A stretch of 64,000 bases of DNA, from assembly GCA_038496445.1 (NCBI GenBank), contig JALMLS010000179.1:186001-250000 (forward strand), written 5' to 3'. Made by a program: the position numbers and the translations under genes. Below, in pieces: positions 62,620-64,000 of the stretch; position 1 is the stretch's first letter; each line of letters starts with the position of its first letter. Below the pieces are notes generated by a model. The model did no database searches, was not told the origin of the DNA, and was given only the letters and a program-made list of their open reading frames with translations. Source of the DNA: Trichosphaerium sp. ATCC 40318 (taxonomy: Eukaryota > Protista > Tubulinea).

Positions 62620-64000
62620 CTACGTCAGTTGTAGTGTTGATAATGCTGATGTTGTCTCTTGTAGTGAATTGATTATATCGTCAGGTTGTTCTTGCGTTGG
62701 TTTCGGTGTCATGGTCTCCTTTTCTTCAGCTGTAGTGTCAACAGTGCCGAGAGTTGGCAAATCCAGTTTTTTCTTCTCTTTTGCCTTTACCATATATTCT
62801 GGTTCTAGTACGTAAACACCTGTCTTGCTAGCCATGTATAGTTTCTTATTCAGGTATATCATGTGCTTCAAAGTCCATGATAATGCATTAACATTAAAAG
62901 AAAGCTCTTCACATAAACGTATTTGGAGTTTAACCAATTCATGTGTTTTCGTGTGAAACTTATAAATGCCAGTGTCCATTGTTGATGTTTCACCATCGTA
63001 CCAAGTGTTATTACGCTTGTATATCAAGTATATATTTCCACTTGTATCAGAGCACATAAGGGATATATTTCGGAGCTGAAAGTATGGAATTTCGATGTCG
63101 ACGATTGCAATCGTTTTTTTAACACGTGAATAAACATAAAATCTGCTACCATCTTCAGTCATTTGTTGACGCAGGACACGATCGATATGTAATAAATAAA
63201 TATCATCTGTCGTTTTATCAATGGCGATGAAAGATATATCTGGAGCTGCAGGCATTTCAGTCAAAATCTCAACTTTGCCTTTGTCATTTATACATCCAAG
63301 AACTGACTGAGATGCCTTCTCTCCTACAAAAATGATACTCCTTCCGTTACTATCTAATCTTGCTAAGGAAATAGATAGCTCTCCATGTTCTTCATCCACT
63401 ATTCTCAAAGGGGAGAACAAACCGAAATCAAATATCTTTCCCATCATACTTTCTTTACCACCAATGATGGGCACGAAATGTGAGCCAGGGACAAAGGTAC
63501 GAAGAATATTACACTTTTCTAGCACGTCCTTATTAAATGCAAACAGTGTACCCTTTTTGTGTTGATAAAATGGAACCTCAGTCGTCACTATCACGTGGTT
63601 AATAATAACCCGGATTTTTATTTTGAAAAGCTTTAAAACGTACTTAGGGCATTAGCTGCATCTACTGGTAGATACTTGGCCAATTCTTTCTTACATACTT
63701 GACAAGTAAGTTCCTTGGTCTCGTATTTGAATAGAGCGTGATAGCTCCTGTCCACGATACATAACTATTTTTGGTGTTAGCGATTTATTTCTTGTAAATA
63801 TAAAAATTCTTAGTAAACGCGCACGTTTCCATCGTTATCTCCTCCTAGCCCGCTGATTGTGCGGAAAGATGTATTGGCGTGTTCAATTTGAGTTTTGTCA
63901 CTACATTTATTTCTTACTACCTTTGTTTTACGTTCGCCTACTAGCGCTCTACACATTGAGTAGTTCTTTGGTTCTTTAAGTAGATTTGAGAATTTGATTG
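62620..64000 (-). CDS. Beta-propeller (NHL/SGL-like) protein, 5' end outside the window
   Basis: SGLGGDNDGN|LCIVD, FIAIDKTTDDIYLL and MCSDTSGNIYLI blades, with a low-complexity Thr/Glu tail. Confidence 0.55.

Overview
This is a compact, AT-rich eukaryotic nuclear window with many short (~40-110 nt) spliceosomal introns whose donors are mostly GTACGT/GTATGT/GTAAGT. Gene content (SH2-containing TKL kinase, family-3 GPCR, vinculin) points to an amoebozoan. About 30 genes or gene remnants were reconstructed by manual splicing, so exon boundaries and some ends are approximate. Housekeeping genes include Top2, an acyl-CoA synthetase, an arylsulfatase, TatD, CorA, Kelch-BTB, RMI1, HSP20, SHK and vinculin. 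Roughly 30-55 kb looks like a birth-and-death zone of intron-poor F-box genes with variable repeat arrays (21/22-aa LRR, MORN-variant, beta-propeller) mixed with pseudogenes. The most unusual items are: (1) this F-box/variable-repeat family with orphan and broken LRR copies; (2) a Pol III tRNA with a bacterial-type Ala(GGC) anticodon loop but no G3:U70; (3) an intact VIT-vWA-CRIB-PAK pseudokinase fusion; (4) an intact G-alpha with every GTPase motif degenerate. No CRISPR array, rRNA, intact transposase or giant-virus hallmark gene was seen.
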